The position numbers and the translations under genes were made by a program. Below, piece after piece: positions 62,210 to 64,000 of a stretch of DNA of 64,000 bases. Location: positions 16,738-80,737 of the forward strand of contig CAYZJP010000004.1 of NCBI GenBank assembly GCA_964478755.1, given 5' to 3'. The stretch's first letter is position 1, and the number at the start of each line of letters is the position of its first letter. The DNA is from an uncultured Klebsiella sp. (GTDB lineage Bacteria > Verrucomicrobiota > Verrucomicrobiia > Limisphaerales > SXTU01). The notes beneath the pieces were generated by a model. It searched no databases and was not told the DNA's origin. It was given only the letters and a program-made list of their open reading frames with translations.

Positions 62210-63103
62210 TCAGTCCTTCTTTGCGTCCGGCCACAGCTCGGCGCTCAAGCGGTCGCAGGCGCGGAGGAGTTCCCGCTGTTCGGGCGTGTCCGGACAGTCG
62301 GGCTGGAAGAAGGCGACGCCGGGCATCGTGGGGAAGCGACGCTTGAGTTCCTCGGCGTGTTCGCGGAGCCATTTCGTCTTGAGGTGATCGCCGCGATGGC
62401 TTTTCTCGGCGGTGATGTGGCCGAAGCTGAAGATGGTTTTCTCCAGCACCTTCGCCTCCGCGAACTTTTCGAGACGCCGCAGCGCACCGTCCCACGTCAT
62501 GCTGTGGCCGGGCTTCACGCTGTGCGTGTAGCCCTCGACGATGAGCAGGTCCGCCGTGCCGTCGCGGGCGAACTCGAAGAGCGCGGGCGTCGGCTCGGTG
62601 CTCCAGATGGCGATGAAGACCTCGGGGTTCTCCTTGCGCCCGGCGCGCAGGCCCTCGGCGAGCCAACGCTCGTTGTCGGGCTGCGCGGGCGGCACCCACT
62701 CGTCCAGCGCGAGGCCGGCGGAGATGCATTGCGGCGCGGCGGTTTTGCGCGGATGCGCACGGCCGGCGCGCGAGCACGCGCGCGACCAGTAATCCGGGCC
62801 TTTGGCGTCGGGATGATTGAGGCCGTAAGCCCAGTCCAGCGCGGTGACGCCGGCGCGCTCGGCAAGTTGCGGGTCGAGCCAGCCGCTGGCGTCCACGGTC
62901 ATGTGTGCGTAAAGGCTCGTGTCGCGGTGCCACAGGCGCGGCTGGAACCACACGCGATACGGCGGCTGCGGACGACGGGCGAGCTTGGGCGGTGCAGGCG
63001 CGTCGGTGGGAGGAGAGTCCGCCGCGCGGGCTGTCGCGCCAACGAGGACACCTAGGCCAAGGAATGTCCGACGAGAAAGCGGCTCTAGCGTGGTGCGAAT
63101 CAC
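62210..63103 (-). CDS. hypothetical Tat-signal protein
   Basis: The GTG at 63103 overlaps the upstream stop (GTGA). A twin-arginine signal (SRRTFLGLGVLVGATARA) is present. I recognise no family. Confidence 0.6.
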   Translation of the reverse strand: MIRTTLEPLSRRTFLGLGVLVGATARAADSPPTDAPAPPKLARRPQPPYRVWFQPRLWHRDTSLYAHMTVDASGWLDPQLAERAGVTALDWAYGLNHPDAKGPDYWSRACSRAGRAHPRKTAAPQCISAGLALDEWVPPAQPDNERWLAEGLRAGRKENPEVFIAIWSTEPTPALFEFARDGTADLLIVEGYTHSVKPGHSMTWDGALRRLEKFAEAKVLEKTIFSFGHITAEKSHRGDHLKTKWLREHAEELKRRFPTMPGVAFFQPDCPDTPEQRELLRACDRLSAELWPDAKKD

Positions 63104-63327
63104 GGCTGCGGCACCGCTGGCCTGGCCTTGGGCGGCTGGAACTTTTTCAACTGTTGCTGCTCGATAAGCTTCAGCTCGCGTTTGAGGCTGTGGAGCACAA
63201 GTTGGTTGCCAGCCATGATCGCGCAAAGGATTACCACGAGAGCGAACACCAGCACGGTGGCGGAACCGCGCTCGCGCGTTCGTTTCGCGTCCTGGGTTTT
63301 GCGCTTCGAGTTTGGGTTCAGGTTCAT
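63100..63327 (-). CDS. hypothetical single-pass membrane protein
   Basis: It is 75 aa with a basic N-terminus and a TM segment (VLVFALVVILCAIMAG). Overlaps of ATGA and GTGA at its two ends tie it into the pseudopilin operon. Confidence 0.55.
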   Translation of the reverse strand: MNLNPNSKRKTQDAKRTRERGSATVLVFALVVILCAIMAGNQLVLHSLKRELKLIEQQQLKKFQPPKARPAVPQP

Positions 63328-63881
63328 GGCTTGGTCTCCGGCGGGGCGGCGGCGAGGAAGGTGAAGAGCGGGGTGACGCGCTTCTTCGGGTCTTTGGTCT
63401 GCAACTCCACTTCCCAGCGCCAGGCGGTGACGTGCTGGCGGGCGTCGGCGTCCATGTGTGAGGACTTCACACGGGCAAGGGCGGGCTGCCACGCGGTGTT
63501 CGTGCTCTCCTGCCGCCAGATGGTGTCCTTGAAGTGGATATAGACCGTCAGGTTCGTGCCGTGCGGGATGGCGAGCCAGTGCTGGCCGTCCTTCTCGACC
63601 GCGCGCGGCGGGGCGGTGGCGGTGCGCACGTCCTCGCGCCAGCGTTCGCCCGCGTGGAGCGCGCGCGTGATGTCGTCGGCGTTGCGGCGGAGCGCGTCCG
63701 CGCCGGCGCGTCCGGAGAAGAAGAGCTGCAGGACGAAGCCGAACATGATGGCGAGCATCGCGATCCAGACGAGGCACTCGATGAGTGTGAAAGCGGGAGA
63801 GCGATTAGTGATGAGTGAATGGGGATTCGTGGAGCGCGAGCGCCCAACTCGAAACCCAAAACTCGGAACTCGGAACTTCAT
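63324..63881 (-). CDS. prepilin-type N-terminal cleavage/methylation domain protein (pseudopilin)
   Basis: It has AFTLIECLVWIAMLAI, preceded by a 25-aa leader encoded partly by a heptamer run. The ATG at 63881 overlaps the upstream stop. Confidence 0.75.
   Translation of the reverse strand: MKFRVPSFGFRVGRSRSTNPHSLITNRSPAFTLIECLVWIAMLAIMFGFVLQLFFSGRAGADALRRNADDITRALHAGERWREDVRTATAPPRAVEKDGQHWLAIPHGTNLTVYIHFKDTIWRQESTNTAWQPALARVKSSHMDADARQHVTAWRWEVELQTKDPKKRVTPLFTFLAAAPPETKP
63846..63880 (-). repeat. AACTCGG-type heptamers x5, forming the 5' end of the pseudopilin ORF
   Basis: The units are AACTCGA AACCCAA AACTCGG AACTCGG AACTTCA. The run encodes MKFRVPSFGFRVG. Confidence 0.8.
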
Positions 63882-64000
63882 TTGACCTCCACCTCCCGCA
63901 CAACAGGCCCGCCCGTGCCGCGTTTCTCGGGAATCCACTCCAGCCGCACGGTCTGGCCGGTGCGTGTCAGCGTGAACTGGCCGGGCGGCAGGCTCTTCGC
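63878..64000 (-). CDS. 3' end of a further (pseudopilin-operon) gene, truncated by the window edge
   Basis: The open frame is ...FTLTRTGQTVRLEWIPEKRGTGGPVVREVEVK*. Its stop overlaps the next ATG. Confidence 0.5.
   Translation of the reverse strand, partial: AKSLPPGQFTLTRTGQTVRLEWIPEKRGTGGPVVREVEVK

Noticed and set aside
61966-62210. A LexA/SOS box upstream of the Y-family polymerase gene.
   Set aside because: I looked for a TGTTC-N4-GAACA-type or other clear palindromic operator near the start. I found only the REP-family palindrome at 62117-62196, so an SOS site has no support.
4208-63880. Whether the tandem short repeats could be CRISPR arrays.
   Set aside because: The units are 7-10 nt and directly abutting, with no spacers. 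The arrays are under 45 nt and there are no cas genes. This is not CRISPR.
1-64000. tRNA, rRNA, tmRNA, riboswitch or selenocysteine signals.
   Set aside because: I noticed no T-loop or anticodon-arm consensus, no rRNA-like stretches and no recognisable riboswitch cores while reading. The intergenic space is largely accounted for by REP-like repeats.

Overview
High-GC (about 60-65% by eye) bacterial chromosome window. The gene content looks like the PVC superphylum, most likely Verrucomicrobiota: two DUF1501 genes, two DUF1549/DUF1553 (PSCyt) genes, a 1731-aa ThuA/heme-binding CxxCH/HEAT giant, prepilin-type pseudopilins, and several short palindromic repeat families. I support about 50 protein genes. 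No rRNA, tRNA, CRISPR, integrase or transposase was seen.

Gene content, in window order:
- A sulfatase.
- A nucleotide-sugar cluster: nucleotidyltransferase/PfkB kinase fusion, SDR epimerase, two DegT aminotransferases, HAD/kinase fusion.
- A response regulator translationally coupled to an RND efflux pair.
- fdhD, a ymdB-like gene and xseA.
- The rpmI-rplT-pheS...pheT operon.
- Two tandem gmd genes, and nth.
- A czcC-czcB-[GxxExxY]-czcA heavy-metal efflux operon.
- deoC, a class A beta-lactamase-like hydrolase, a Y-family polymerase, and the end of a pseudopilin operon.

Things worth a second look:
1. A family of micro-elements built from 3-6 tandem copies of a 7-nt unit (8-10 nt in some), often arranged as hairpin arms. 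At least six of them sit in frame inside conserved genes (pheT twice, pheS, xseA, a DUF1553 gene, a pseudopilin). Every intragenic run is oriented so that its coding strand has no stop triplets.
2. The pheS-pheT operon is split by a 3.3-kb AT-richer insert. It carries vapBC, a displaced 76-nt copy of the pheS 3' end (4 of its 5 differences are synonymous), a methyltransferase, a nuclease-like ORF, and a Cys-rich ORF whose stop overlaps the pheT start.
3. A GxxExxY (PD-(D/E)XK) gene bracketed by 25-nt inverted repeats sits between czcB and czcA.
4. A repeat-only 0.75-kb island is bracketed by degenerate duplicates of the xseA 5' end.
5. There is a small-ORF family with a near-identical 5' module (one copy frameshifted), and an AT-rich orphan with a ParB/Srx-like DGHH motif.

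All functional calls rest on motifs I recognised in the supplied translations. No database search was run.
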